Positions 21,277-33,131 of a DNA stretch of 64,000 nt are shown here, in pieces. The position numbers and the translations under genes were made by a program. Below the pieces are notes generated by a model. It saw nothing but the letters and a program-made list of their open reading frames with translations, was not told the DNA's origin and made no database searches. The DNA lies in assembly GCA_965223005.1 (NCBI GenBank), contig CBDCVK010000010.1:480001-544000 (forward strand), given 5' to 3'. The DNA comes from Terriglobia bacterium. GTDB taxonomy: Bacteria > Acidobacteriota > Terriglobia > JAJPHL01 > JAPKYU01. Positions within the stretch are counted from its first letter, which is position 1. Each line of letters opens with the position of its first letter.

Positions 21277-22769
21277 CAGCCCGTGTCTAAAATCGCCAGA
21301 TGGGGAAGAAACATGTTACTTCGGAAATGTTCTTACTTACAATCGGGCCATGGCCATGGGAACGCGCAAGCATCGTCAGCGACAAGAGCCGCTGTGGTAT
21401 CGGGCAGAGTTGGCCGAGGCGCCCGGACACCCGTTCTACCGGCGGCTGCACCAACTGTTGGAGGAAGCCGATTTTGATCGATTCTGCGAGAGTCGGTGCC
21501 GGCAGTTCTACCACGAGCGGCTGGGCCGACCGTCGTTGCCGCCGGGGATGTACTTCCGGTTGATGCTGATCGGCTTCTTCGAGGGGATCGACAGCGAGCG
21601 AGGCATCGCCTGGCGGGTGGCCGATTCCTTGAGTTTGCGGCAGTTTTTGCAGATTGGGCTGGATGAACAGACGCCGGATCATGTGACGATCTCGCGCACG
21701 CGGCGGCTGATGGACGAGCCGACGCACCAGGAAGTGTTTGGATGGGTGCTGCGGCTGGTGGCCGAACGGGGCCTGCTGAAGGGCAAGACGATCGGCATTG
21801 ACGCCACCACGCTGGAAGCCAACGCGGCCATGAGGTCGATCATGCGGCGGGACAGCGGGGAAAGCTATACGGAGTACCTGAAGCGGTTGGCGGAGGCCGA
21901 AGGGATCGAAGCCCAGGATGCAGCGGCGCTGCGGAGGATGGACCGCTGCCGACCGAAGAAGATGTCCAATGCGAAGTGGGTGAACCCACATGATCGGGAA
22001 GCGGAGATCACCCGGATGAAGGACGGGCGCACGGCACTGGCTTACAAGGCCGAGCATGCGGTGGACATGGAGACTGGGGCGATTGTGGCGCTGACGGCGC
22101 ACGGGGGAGCGACCGGCGACACGGAATCGGTTCAGCAGACCCTGCCGGCGGCCGGCGCGGCGGTGGGCGAGCAGATCGCGACACCCACGGCCGAAGGGGA
22201 GTTTGTGGTGAACGCAGACGGGGTGGAAGAGGTGGTGGCCGACAAGGGGTATCACAGTGGGGAAGTGCTGGCAGAGATGCAGGCGATGGAGGTGCGGACC
22301 TACATTGCGGAGCCGGAGCGGGGACGGCGGCAATGGACGGGCAAGGAAGAGCAGAAGGCGGCGGTCTACCGCAATCGGCGGCGGGTGACGGGGCAGCGAG
22401 GGAAGGCGCTGCTGCGGAAACGTGGGGAGATGCTGGAGCGTCCGTTTGCGCACATGTATGAGACGGGCAGGATGAGACGCTTGTATGTCCGTGGGAAGAT
22501 AAACGTGCAAAAGAAACTGTTGCTGCAGGCAGCAGCCTGCAACCTGGCGCTAGTTTTGCGCCAGCTGCTGGGGGCGGGAACCCCGCGAGGCCTGCAAGAC
22601 CGCATCACCGAGCTGTTTTTGCTCGTTTTCTGGATCACTGCCACAAGAATGGCCCACCCCGAATCCCCCACGCCCCTATCCTGGTGCAACGGTCAAATTC
22701 ACGGCTTTGCTCTTCACTTGCCCCGCCTGAAAAAGAGGCCGGCCCAAAGGCCGGTTTAGACACGGGCTG
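21277..22769 (+). mobile_element. IS1182/IS5-like element, 1493 bp
   Basis: Perfect 15-bp IRs CAGCCCGTGTCTAAA/TTTAGACACGGGCTG and 4-bp TSD TTAG at 21273-21276 and 22770-22773. Confidence 0.92.
21350..22759 (+). CDS. DDE transposase (IS1182/IS5-like)
   Basis: GRPSLPP, PDHVTISR, IDATTLEANA, ADKGY and ERPFAH motifs. Confidence 0.92.
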   Translation: MAMGTRKHRQRQEPLWYRAELAEAPGHPFYRRLHQLLEEADFDRFCESRCRQFYHERLGRPSLPPGMYFRLMLIGFFEGIDSERGIAWRVADSLSLRQFLQIGLDEQTPDHVTISRTRRLMDEPTHQEVFGWVLRLVAERGLLKGKTIGIDATTLEANAAMRSIMRRDSGESYTEYLKRLAEAEGIEAQDAAALRRMDRCRPKKMSNAKWVNPHDREAEITRMKDGRTALAYKAEHAVDMETGAIVALTAHGGATGDTESVQQTLPAAGAAVGEQIATPTAEGEFVVNADGVEEVVADKGYHSGEVLAEMQAMEVRTYIAEPERGRRQWTGKEEQKAAVYRNRRRVTGQRGKALLRKRGEMLERPFAHMYETGRMRRLYVRGKINVQKKLLLQAAACNLALVLRQLLGAGTPRGLQDRITELFLLVFWITATRMAHPESPTPLSWCNGQIHGFALHLPRLKKRPAQRPV

Positions 22770-23990
22770 TTAGCCGTCGACGAGCTGATCGACGTGGTGG
22801 GTAGGGCGGCGATTGAAGCGGTGCTGGAGTTGTCGGCCGCGCAGGTGGCCGGTCCACGCCGTCAGGGCCGGCGGCGCCGTGGGGTAGGCTGGTATGGGCG
22901 CCAGCGGGGACGGGTGCGCCTGAAGGAGAGAAAGCTGGCCGTGCACAGGCCACGGCTCCGGCGGCCAGGCCGGGGAGCGGGGAAAGAAGTTCCCCTCCCG
23001 GCCTACGAAGCCATGCAGGAGGGCGAGGGTCTGGGGGCCCGGATGTTGGATATCTTGCTGCGGGGCGTCTCGACCCGGCAGTACCAGCGGGTGTTGCCGG
23101 AGATGGCGGACACCGTGGGTGTGTCGCGCTCCACGGTCAGCCGGGAAACGATGGAGGCTGCCGCAGCCGAGTTAGAACGTCTGTTGAACCGCCGCTTCGA
23201 GGAAGTAGAGTTGCTGATCCTCTACATCGACGGGATGGTGTTTGGCGACCATCACGTGATTGCGGCTGTGGGCGTGGATGCGGAAGGGCACAAGCACGTG
23301 CTGGGGATTCAGGAGGGGGCTACGGAGAACGCCGCGGCCGTCCAGGACTTGCTGGAAGGTTTAGTGCGGCGAGGGGTGCAGCCGGCCCAGAAACGGCTGT
23401 TTGTGATCGACGGCTCGAAGGCCTTGCGGGCGGCGATCCGCGCCGTGTTCGGGGCCGAGCAGCCGGTGCAGCGCTGCCGCGCCCACAAGTTGCGCAACGT
23501 CCTGGACCGGTTGCCGGAGCCAGAGCGGGACCAGGTGCGGGCGGCGATGCGGGCCGCCTGGCGGTTGGATCCGAAGACCGGCAGGGCCAAGCTGGAGAAG
23601 TTGGCCCAATGGTTGGAGCGAGATTGTCCGGCCGCGGCGGCCAGCTTGCGGGAGGGTCTGGAGGAATGTTTCACCATCAACCGGCTGGGGCTTCCGGCTT
23701 CGCTGCATCGCTGTCTGGCCACCACCAATCTCATCGAGAGTCCGCAGGCGGGAGTGAGGTTGCGAACTCGCCGGGTGTGCCGCTGGCGGGATGCGGCCAT
23801 GGTCCAGCGCTGGGTCGCCTCCAGCTTCCTGGCCACGGAGAAAAACTTCCGCCGCCTGATGGGGTACCAGGACCTGTGGATGTTGAAAGCGATCCTCGAA
23901 GGATCAAAGTCGGCCACTCGACGGGAGGTGGCGTAGTATGATGGCTCCGAACCGCCGCTACGAACTTTCAACTGAGTTCAGGACACCCTC

Positions 23991-24146
23991 GTTGGCCTGG
24001 CTGGTCAACTTGGCCACTTGGCGGCGGTGCCGGCAGTCCTCCACGTCCAGCTCGTGCAATCCGTGCTGCTGCGCCAGCAAGTCCAGCGCTGTGTCGTCGG
24101 GGTCCGCAAGGTGAATCCAGGGGACGCCGGGAAACGGTTCCGCCAT
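23991..24146 (-). pseudogene. CorA Mg/Co transporter N-terminal fragment truncated by IS256
   Basis: WIHLADPDDTALDLLAQQHGLHELDVEDCRHRRQVAKL resembles the CorA N-terminus (LHxLxxED..QxxK); the frame enters the IS256 end at 23990. Confidence 0.75.
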
Positions 24147-24189
24147 GGCTAGCTCTCAATCAATGGGATTTCCAACGCCCGTAGTCTAG

Positions 24190-25529
24190 CAGGATGCTGA
24201 AAAAGTCCCTGGGCGACCTCTTACGAACAAAATATAAATGAGTATAATTGTTCTCATTATGCGAGGACACGATCTGCACCAAGACGCGATGTTCAGCTAC
24301 CTGAGCCCCGAGCAACGGGTGCCCCAGGATCATCCGTTGCGGCCGATACGCCGCATGACCGACCAAGCACTGCAACGGCTTTCGCCGCGGTTCGAGCGGA
24401 TGTATGCTGACATCGGTCGCCCCTCGATCGCCCCGGAGAAGCTGCTGCGGGCCTTGCTGCTGCAGGTGCTCTACACCATCCGCAGCGAACGGATGCTGCT
24501 GGAGCAACTCGATTACAACCTCCTGTTCCGGTGGTTTGTGGGACTGAACATGGATGACGCGGTGTGGGTGCCGACGGTGTTCAGCAAGAACCGGGACCGG
24601 CTGCTGGAGGGGGCCGTCGCCGAGGCATTCTTTGACGAGGTGTTGCGCGAGGCGGGCGAGCAGGAGTTGCTGTCGGAGGAGCACTTCACGGTGGACGGGA
24701 CGCTGCTGGAGGCGTGGGCGAGCCAGAAGAGCTTTCAGAGGAAGGACGCGCCGGAGGGGCCGCCGCCGGAGGATCCGGGCAATCCCACGGTGGACTTCCA
24801 CAAAGAGAAGCGGACCAACGAAACGCACCAGTCGACGACAGACCCGGACGCTCGGCTGGCCCGGAAGGGCAAAGGCAAGGAGGCCAAGCTGAGCTACGTC
24901 GGGCACGTGCTGATGGAGAACCGCAACGGGCTGGTGGTGAATGTGCGGCTGACCCAGGCCACCGGCACCGCCGAGCGGGAAGCGGCCGTGGAGATGGTGG
25001 ACGACATTCCGGGCCCGAAGCAGGTGACGGTGGGTGCCGACAAGAACTACGACGCCGAAGCGATGGTGCAGCAGTTGCGGGAACGGAAGGCCACGCCGCA
25101 CGTGGCGCAGAACCAGGAACGGCGGCGCAGTGCCATCGACAGCCGGACCACACGGCACCCGGGTTACCAGATCAGCCAGAGAGCGCGGAAGAAGGTGGAA
25201 GAGAGTTTCGGATGGATGAAGACGGTCGGGTTGCTGCGGAAGCTGCGGCATCGGGGCCTGGAGCGCGTCGGCTGGATCTTCACCTTTACGGCTGCCGCCT
25301 TCAACCTGGTCCGGATTCGCAACTTGGTGATCGGGGCCGTCCCGCCGCGGGTAGTGGGCCCAGGGGCCGCCTGAGGAGGAGTGTGTCCAAAGGACGAAAA
25401 AGGGCTGGGAAAGGCAAAAGACAAGGCCCCAAAGGGCCAATAGCGAGGTTCACTACGAACCGAACGGCTCAAAGAAAATTCCCACAGGATAAACGCTACT
25501 GAATTTTTTGGCCCTTTTTCAGCACCCTG
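24190..25529 (+). mobile_element. IS5-family element, 1340 bp
   Basis: IRs CAGGATGCTGAAAAAG/CTTTTTCAGCACCCTG and TSD CTAG at 24186-24189 and 25530-25533. Confidence 0.93.
24259..25374 (+). CDS. IS5-family transposase
   Basis: GRPSIAPEKLLRA, VDGTLLEAWAS, TDPDARL, GADKNYD and RKKVEESFGWMK motifs. Confidence 0.95.
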   Translation: MRGHDLHQDAMFSYLSPEQRVPQDHPLRPIRRMTDQALQRLSPRFERMYADIGRPSIAPEKLLRALLLQVLYTIRSERMLLEQLDYNLLFRWFVGLNMDDAVWVPTVFSKNRDRLLEGAVAEAFFDEVLREAGEQELLSEEHFTVDGTLLEAWASQKSFQRKDAPEGPPPEDPGNPTVDFHKEKRTNETHQSTTDPDARLARKGKGKEAKLSYVGHVLMENRNGLVVNVRLTQATGTAEREAAVEMVDDIPGPKQVTVGADKNYDAEAMVQQLRERKATPHVAQNQERRRSAIDSRTTRHPGYQISQRARKKVEESFGWMKTVGLLRKLRHRGLERVGWIFTFTAAAFNLVRIRNLVIGAVPPRVVGPGAA

Positions 25530-25779
25530 CTAGTGCCGTTCCAACTTGATTTGCTAGTCACTTGGTTTGCGACAGCTAGCCAAAAAACAGCTGAAACAGC
25601 ACTGGTGCAAGCCCTTCCCCGCCGTCTGCCGCTGTTTGGCCCTCGTTCCAGGCCAGACACCCAGGGTGTCTTGTGGCGAGCCGCCCTCTGGCACAAAGCT
25701 CGATTTCCCCCGGCCGGGGTTTCCGTGCTAGATTATTGTCCTCGTTCGGACAAGAAATTCTGCTGGGAGAAGAGGTCTT

Positions 25780-26910
25780 ATGGCGGAAGCCGTTGCAAAA
25801 GCTGGTTTGGAAGGGGTGGTTGCCGCAGATTCCTCGATCTGCTACATCGATGGGGAGGCGGGCATCCTTAGCTACCGGGGCTTTAACATTCATACGCTGG
25901 CCGAAAATGCCACCTTCGAGGAAACAGCGTACCTGCTTTGGTTTGGGCGCCTGCCAAAGCCCGCCGAACTGGAGGAGCTGCAGCAAAAACTGGCCGCCGT
26001 ACGGAGCTTGCCGCCGGCGGTCATGGATTTCCTCCGCGCACTGCCGCCGAAAGCGGTCCCCATGCACATGCTACGCACCGCTGTCTCCGCGCTGGGCGTC
26101 TACGACCCGGACGCGGAAGACATGTCGGAGCAGGCCAATGTGGCCAAGGCCATCCGGCTCACGGCCCAGATGGGCACCGTAGTTGCGGCCTTCGCGCGCC
26201 TGCGCAACGGGGAGCAGCCAGTGGATCCTGACCCGGCGCTCTCCTACGCGGCGAATTTCCTTTACATGCTGAACGGGACTCGCCCGGCTGAAGTGTCGGC
26301 CAAGACGCTGGACATCGCCTTGATCTTGCATGCCGACCACGAGTTCAACGCCTCCACCTTTGCCGGGCGAGTGACAGCGGGTACGCTGGCCGACCTGCAT
26401 TCGGCGGTGACCTCAGCGCTGGGCGCGCTAAAGGGACCGCTGCATGGTGGAGCCAACCAGGCGGTGATGAAGATACTGGCGCCGCTCGGCAGCGCCGATG
26501 AGGCCGTGGCTCACGTGCGGGAGATGCTGGCCGCCAAGAAGAAGGTGCCCGGCTTCGGCCACCGCGTCTATCGAACCGAAGACCCGCGCGCCACGCACCT
26601 GCGCCGCATGTCGGAAGCTCTTGGGCGCGAGCACAACGATCCGAAGTGGTTCGAAATGTCGCGAGCCATCGAGCAGTTGGTGAACAGCGAAAAGCGGCTC
26701 AATGCCAACGTGGACTTTTACTCAGCTTCCACCTACCACGTGCTGGGTATCCCCATTGACCTGTTCACCCCGGTGTTCGCTATGAGCCGGATCACAGGCT
26801 GGACCGCGCATTTCCTGGAGCAGTATGCCAACAATCGGCTGATCCGTCCGCGCTCGGAGTACGTCGGCCCGCCCGTGGGGCAGCCCTGGGTTCCCATCGA
26901 GCAGCGGTAG
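25780..26910 (+). CDS. gltA: Citrate synthase (type II-short / methylcitrate synthase-like)
   Basis: GLEGVVA, LHADHEFNAST, GPLHGGAN, GFGHRVY and NVDFYS motifs. Confidence 0.92.
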   Translation: MAEAVAKAGLEGVVAADSSICYIDGEAGILSYRGFNIHTLAENATFEETAYLLWFGRLPKPAELEELQQKLAAVRSLPPAVMDFLRALPPKAVPMHMLRTAVSALGVYDPDAEDMSEQANVAKAIRLTAQMGTVVAAFARLRNGEQPVDPDPALSYAANFLYMLNGTRPAEVSAKTLDIALILHADHEFNASTFAGRVTAGTLADLHSAVTSALGALKGPLHGGANQAVMKILAPLGSADEAVAHVREMLAAKKKVPGFGHRVYRTEDPRATHLRRMSEALGREHNDPKWFEMSRAIEQLVNSEKRLNANVDFYSASTYHVLGIPIDLFTPVFAMSRITGWTAHFLEQYANNRLIRPRSEYVGPPVGQPWVPIEQR

Positions 26911-26992
26911 GGCTGCAGGGGCCGAGGTTCAAAGCTCGAAGTCCAAGGCCCAGAGTCCAAAGGCCTAGAATCTAAGACTCGCTGGCGTCCCG

Positions 26993-27229
26993 CTACCGTC
27001 TCTTGGGTTGCGCCGACTGCCCGCTGCCTTCCATCTCCTCGACCCAGTTCAGGAAAGCCCGCAGGCGTCGTCGCTCCCGCCACAGGAACCGCCAAAATTT
27101 TCCGAACCCGATCCGCTCCGCCCTGCCGCCAGCGTAGGTTTCGATGCGCCAGCGCAGATAGGGACTGCGCCATGGCCGGAGCCGATGGCCGCGCGTGACA
27201 ACCCACAGGAACCGCAGGGCGGACCGCAT
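26993..27229 (-). CDS. Small Trp/Arg-rich hypothetical protein
   Basis: MRSALRFLW..RGHRLRPWRSPYLRWRIETY; plausible start downstream of the VWA genes. Confidence 0.6.
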   Translation of the reverse strand: MRSALRFLWVVTRGHRLRPWRSPYLRWRIETYAGGRAERIGFGKFWRFLWRERRRLRAFLNWVEEMEGSGQSAQPKRR

Positions 27230-27331
27230 CCCCGGGCATTGAACCACAAAGCCACAATGGAAGGTACATGGTTCGGGCCCGAGGAGTTACTTGCAAGAAA
27301 TGAGGACAGAGCCGGAAGAGACGGCGGGGAC

Positions 27332-28372
27332 TTATCCCCCAGGGCGGCGGGCGATCGCCGACTTGGACTCGGCCGTGGCGTAGTAACCTGTTCGGGTGCG
27401 CACGAAGAGCCTGCCCTTCCCCGGCGCATGGACCTTGACCTTCACGGAGCGATAGCGGCCGTCGGCGGCCGAGTTGGAAGGCTTGTAGGTCAGCAAGTAC
27501 TGGTTTCGAATGTCGTGCGCGATCTTGGCAGCAATTCCTTCCACCTCGTCGATGTTCGCCGGGAAGAAGGCGACGCCGCCGGTGGCTTCAGAGACAGCTT
27601 CGATGGATTTGCGCGCTCGTCGGGCCGCTCGGGCGTTATCGCCGCCCAAGAGGCCGACGCTGTAAATGACCACGTCGGTTTGCTGAACGTACTTGATGAG
27701 CCGCTCCAGAGTGAAGCGGCTGGCATTGTCCTCGCCGTCGGTGATCACCAGCAGCACTCTCTTGGTCCTCTGGCCGCGACCGGTCACATGGTCGAGCGAC
27801 ATCCGGATGGTGTCGTAGTAGGCGGTGCCCCCGCGGGAATCGATCTTCTCCAGTCCTTCCTTCAGCTCCTCCAAATTGGAGGTGAAGTCCTTGTCCAGGA
27901 AGGCCTCGTCGTTGAAGTTGACGATGAAGACCTCGTCATTGCGGTTGCTGGTGCGAACGAAGGTCAGTGCGGCGGCATTGACCCTGACCCGTTTGTCCCG
28001 CATGCTGCCGCTATTGTCCACCAGGATGCCCACCGAGACCGGGATGTCCTCCCGCTTGAAGTCTTTTATCTCCTGCCTGACGTTGTTTTCCAAGACCTTG
28101 AAGTGTTCCCGGCGCAGGTCGGTCACCAGGTGCTTCTGCCTATCCAGCACAGTCGCGTGCAGGACCACCAGCTTGGTTTCCACCGCAAACCGGGGAACGC
28201 CCTTCGGCCGGGCTCGGGATGGCTTGCTTTGCGGAACCGCTCGCGCCGCGCCCGACTTCCCGCGCTGTGGCGCGGCACGCTGCGCTGGCGTGCTGCCACA
28301 CCACAGTAGCGCCAGCGCCACGAGGACCAGCGGGACAGTCCGGCGGGCGGAATGGCTACTCTGTAGGAGCAT
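27332..28372 (-). CDS. VWA domain protein (acidobacterial VWFA-related), exported
   Basis: MIDAS DNSGS, GGTAYYD, ITDGED and IRNQYLLTY motifs. Confidence 0.9.
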   Translation of the reverse strand: MLLQSSHSARRTVPLVLVALALLWCGSTPAQRAAPQRGKSGAARAVPQSKPSRARPKGVPRFAVETKLVVLHATVLDRQKHLVTDLRREHFKVLENNVRQEIKDFKREDIPVSVGILVDNSGSMRDKRVRVNAAALTFVRTSNRNDEVFIVNFNDEAFLDKDFTSNLEELKEGLEKIDSRGGTAYYDTIRMSLDHVTGRGQRTKRVLLVITDGEDNASRFTLERLIKYVQQTDVVIYSVGLLGGDNARAARRARKSIEAVSEATGGVAFFPANIDEVEGIAAKIAHDIRNQYLLTYKPSNSAADGRYRSVKVKVHAPGKGRLFVRTRTGYYATAESKSAIARRPGG

Positions 28373-29354
28373 AGTAACCCGTCTTGGCGTACACGTGCAG
28401 CGGGGGAAGGCCGCGCGGCGGATTCAGTTTCACCTTGATCTTCCGCCACTTGCCGTCCTTGTCCCTATTGGCGGAGACGTAACCGAGCACGTACTGGTTG
28501 CGCAGCTCCAAGCCGATCTTGGCGGCCACATCGGGCAGAGCATTCAGGTTGTTCACAGAGAACTGCCGGCCGCCGGTCGACTCGGCTAGACCCGTCAGCA
28601 GGCCGGGCCCGGCCATTTCTTCCGGCGTGCCACGCGCACTGTAAGGGTTGTAAATGCCGATGGCGTAGATCTGCACGTCGGCTTCCCGAACCAGCGACTT
28701 GATTTCGTTCTGGCTGTAGCGGCTGTTATTGTCTCCGCCATCGGAGATAATCAGCGTCGCCTTCTTCCGATGAACGCCATGGCGCATGTGGTTCAGCGCC
28801 ATGTAGATGGCGTCCAGCAACGCGGTCCGTCCCTTAGCCGCGGTAAAAACCAGCCGGTCCTGGATGTCCTCGATGCGGCGGGTGAAATCCGACACCAGCC
28901 GTGGCCGGTCGTTGAAGTCCACCAGGAAGAATTCATCCTGAGGGTTCGCCGACCTGAAAAATTCCAGCGCCGCCATGCGTGACTTGCGCATCTTGTTCGA
29001 CATGCTGCCGCTGGCATCGAACACCAGCCCCAACGAAATGGGCACGTCCTCACTGCTGAAATACAACACCTCCTGCTCCTGCTTGTCCTCAAACACTCGG
29101 AAGTGCTCTTTTTCCAGGCCGGTCACCAGCCGGTTGAGCGGGTCGGTGACCGTTACGGTCACCAGCACCACGTTGACGTCCACCTGAATGGGGCGCTGGC
29201 GCGTTTTCAGTGTCTTGCGGGACTGTCGGGTCTTGGAAGGCTGGGCGGGCGATTTGGCCAGATCGTCGGCCGACAGCAGCCAGCCCGCACAGGTGAGCGC
29301 GAACAGTAAGAGGGGAAGTGTGAAAAGCGCGCGCTGTAGCTTGCCCAATCTCAT
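28356..29354 (-). CDS. VWA domain protein (acidobacterial VWFA-related), exported
   Basis: DASGS, GRTALLD, ISDGGD and LRNQYVLGY motifs. Confidence 0.9.
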   Translation of the reverse strand: MRLGKLQRALFTLPLLLFALTCAGWLLSADDLAKSPAQPSKTRQSRKTLKTRQRPIQVDVNVVLVTVTVTDPLNRLVTGLEKEHFRVFEDKQEQEVLYFSSEDVPISLGLVFDASGSMSNKMRKSRMAALEFFRSANPQDEFFLVDFNDRPRLVSDFTRRIEDIQDRLVFTAAKGRTALLDAIYMALNHMRHGVHRKKATLIISDGGDNNSRYSQNEIKSLVREADVQIYAIGIYNPYSARGTPEEMAGPGLLTGLAESTGGRQFSVNNLNALPDVAAKIGLELRNQYVLGYVSANRDKDGKWRKIKVKLNPPRGLPPLHVYAKTGYYAPTE

Positions 29355-29500
29355 GACTTGCTTAGCGCCGGTGCGTGTTGTCTCCGGCCTCCCTGTAGAC
29401 CGCCTCTGACTTTATATTATCACGGCCATGCAAGCCTGTGCTAAACTAGCCGGTACTCACTTCCCAGGGCCGACTCCATTCTGATTCGGGTTGGAACCGA

Positions 29501-31970
<2,470 letters not shown>

Positions 31971-31995
31971 CCCGGGCATCGAGAATCCCACGCCG

Positions 31996-32517
31996 ATGTC
32001 GAACGCTGTAAAGGAGCACAAACGGGCTGTCGCGCTTGTCATTCATGACAAGAGCCGGTATGACCAGGGCCAGTATGACAAGGACCGGCAGCACCTTCTG
32101 GTGGTTCGTAGGCCTCCGGAAGACGACCGACTGCCGAATGTCTGGGGCCTGCCGGCAGCAACGTTGCGGGTGGGGGAAAGCTATGAAGACGCCGCCGTGA
32201 GGGCCGGTCAAGAGAAGCTGGGAGTGAAGATTAGGATCGTCGGGGAAATCGCCGAAGGAACTGCGGACCGGGGCGACCACATTCTGCATATGAAGGAGTT
32301 CGAAGTCGAGATTGCAGAGGGGACGCCGAGTGTGCCCCAGTCAATCGCCCAACCAATTGGAGGCGTCACCCAGTACGTGGCCTGCAAATGGGGAGAGCCA
32401 AATGATCTCATCGAGGCAACTCGGAAGGGCTCGCTGTGCTGCCGGCTGTATCTGTCGAGCATCGGCCAATTTCGGGGAAACCAATCGCAAGCGGATTCCT
32501 CACTTGGCCTAGGATGA
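31996..32517 (+). CDS. NUDIX-fold hydrolase
   Basis: WGLPAATLRVGESYEDAAVRAGQEKLG, a degenerate Nudix box. Confidence 0.75.
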   Translation: MSNAVKEHKRAVALVIHDKSRYDQGQYDKDRQHLLVVRRPPEDDRLPNVWGLPAATLRVGESYEDAAVRAGQEKLGVKIRIVGEIAEGTADRGDHILHMKEFEVEIAEGTPSVPQSIAQPIGGVTQYVACKWGEPNDLIEATRKGSLCCRLYLSSIGQFRGNQSQADSSLGLG

Positions 32518-32544
32518 TAGGAAAGGGGAGAGAACGTGGCGCTG

Positions 32545-32931
32545 CTAGCGCTGGCTGATCCGCATGGTTTTGTCCACGCTCAACTCGGGCATGCCAGTGG
32601 CCGGCCCGTGATAGCTGGCGGTGATGACGAAGTGGTTGCCGCTAATATCAATGGAGTAGGTGTAGCCCAGGCGCCCCTCGCGGTTCACGTTGATGTGGCC
32701 TTCCGAGCTCAGCTCTTCCAGGGTGGCGTACTTGCCGTTCAGCGCCATGTAGGAGCGCTCGGCGTTGGCCATGGACATCAAGTCGTTTTTCACCCCGGCC
32801 AGATCGGCTGCGGCCCGCGGGTTGTTGGTGCCCTGGGTGATCGAGCTCTTGCCGGTGAATTGTGCGCGGTAAATGAACATGCCGATGCCCAGAGTCACGA
32901 GCAGTCCTATCAAACCCATTACGCCACGCAT
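32545..32931 (-). CDS. Membrane-anchored pilin-like hypothetical protein
   Basis: N-terminal TM and ANAERSY..NGKYATLEEL as in pilin-like bodies; GGAGG RBS. Confidence 0.6.
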   Translation of the reverse strand: MRGVMGLIGLLVTLGIGMFIYRAQFTGKSSITQGTNNPRAAADLAGVKNDLMSMANAERSYMALNGKYATLEELSSEGHINVNREGRLGYTYSIDISGNHFVITASYHGPATGMPELSVDKTMRISQR

Positions 32932-33131
32932 GCTGATTTGCTACCTCCCTCCGTTGGGATAGCTCCCCTTGCGATAGCTTGATGGTAGGAGAACCGTTCG
33001 GGAGAGTCAACCGTGAGGCTTCGCGCCTGCCTATTCAAACGGGTGGTCCAGGCGCTCCAATAAAAGCACTTGACAGCTGCGGGCCAACACCTGAAACCTG
33101 ACACCTGACAGTCGGCTGCTACGGGGTAAAA

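Larger units (their letters stand above)
21150..23936 (+). pseudogene. IS256 transposase split by IS insertion (21150-21276 joined to 22774-23936)
   Basis: Removing the nested IS and one TTAG copy gives the continuous frame ...ELIEQSRLAVDELIDVVGRAAIE...; RGVSTR, YIDG, VIDG, QRCRAHK and TNLIES motifs. Confidence 0.9.
21055..23990 (+). mobile_element. IS256-family element interrupted by a nested IS
   Basis: Imperfect IRs GAGAGTGTC..AGTTGAAAGT at 21055 and ACTTTCAACT..GACACCCTC ending at 23990. No matching flanking TSD. Confidence 0.88.
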
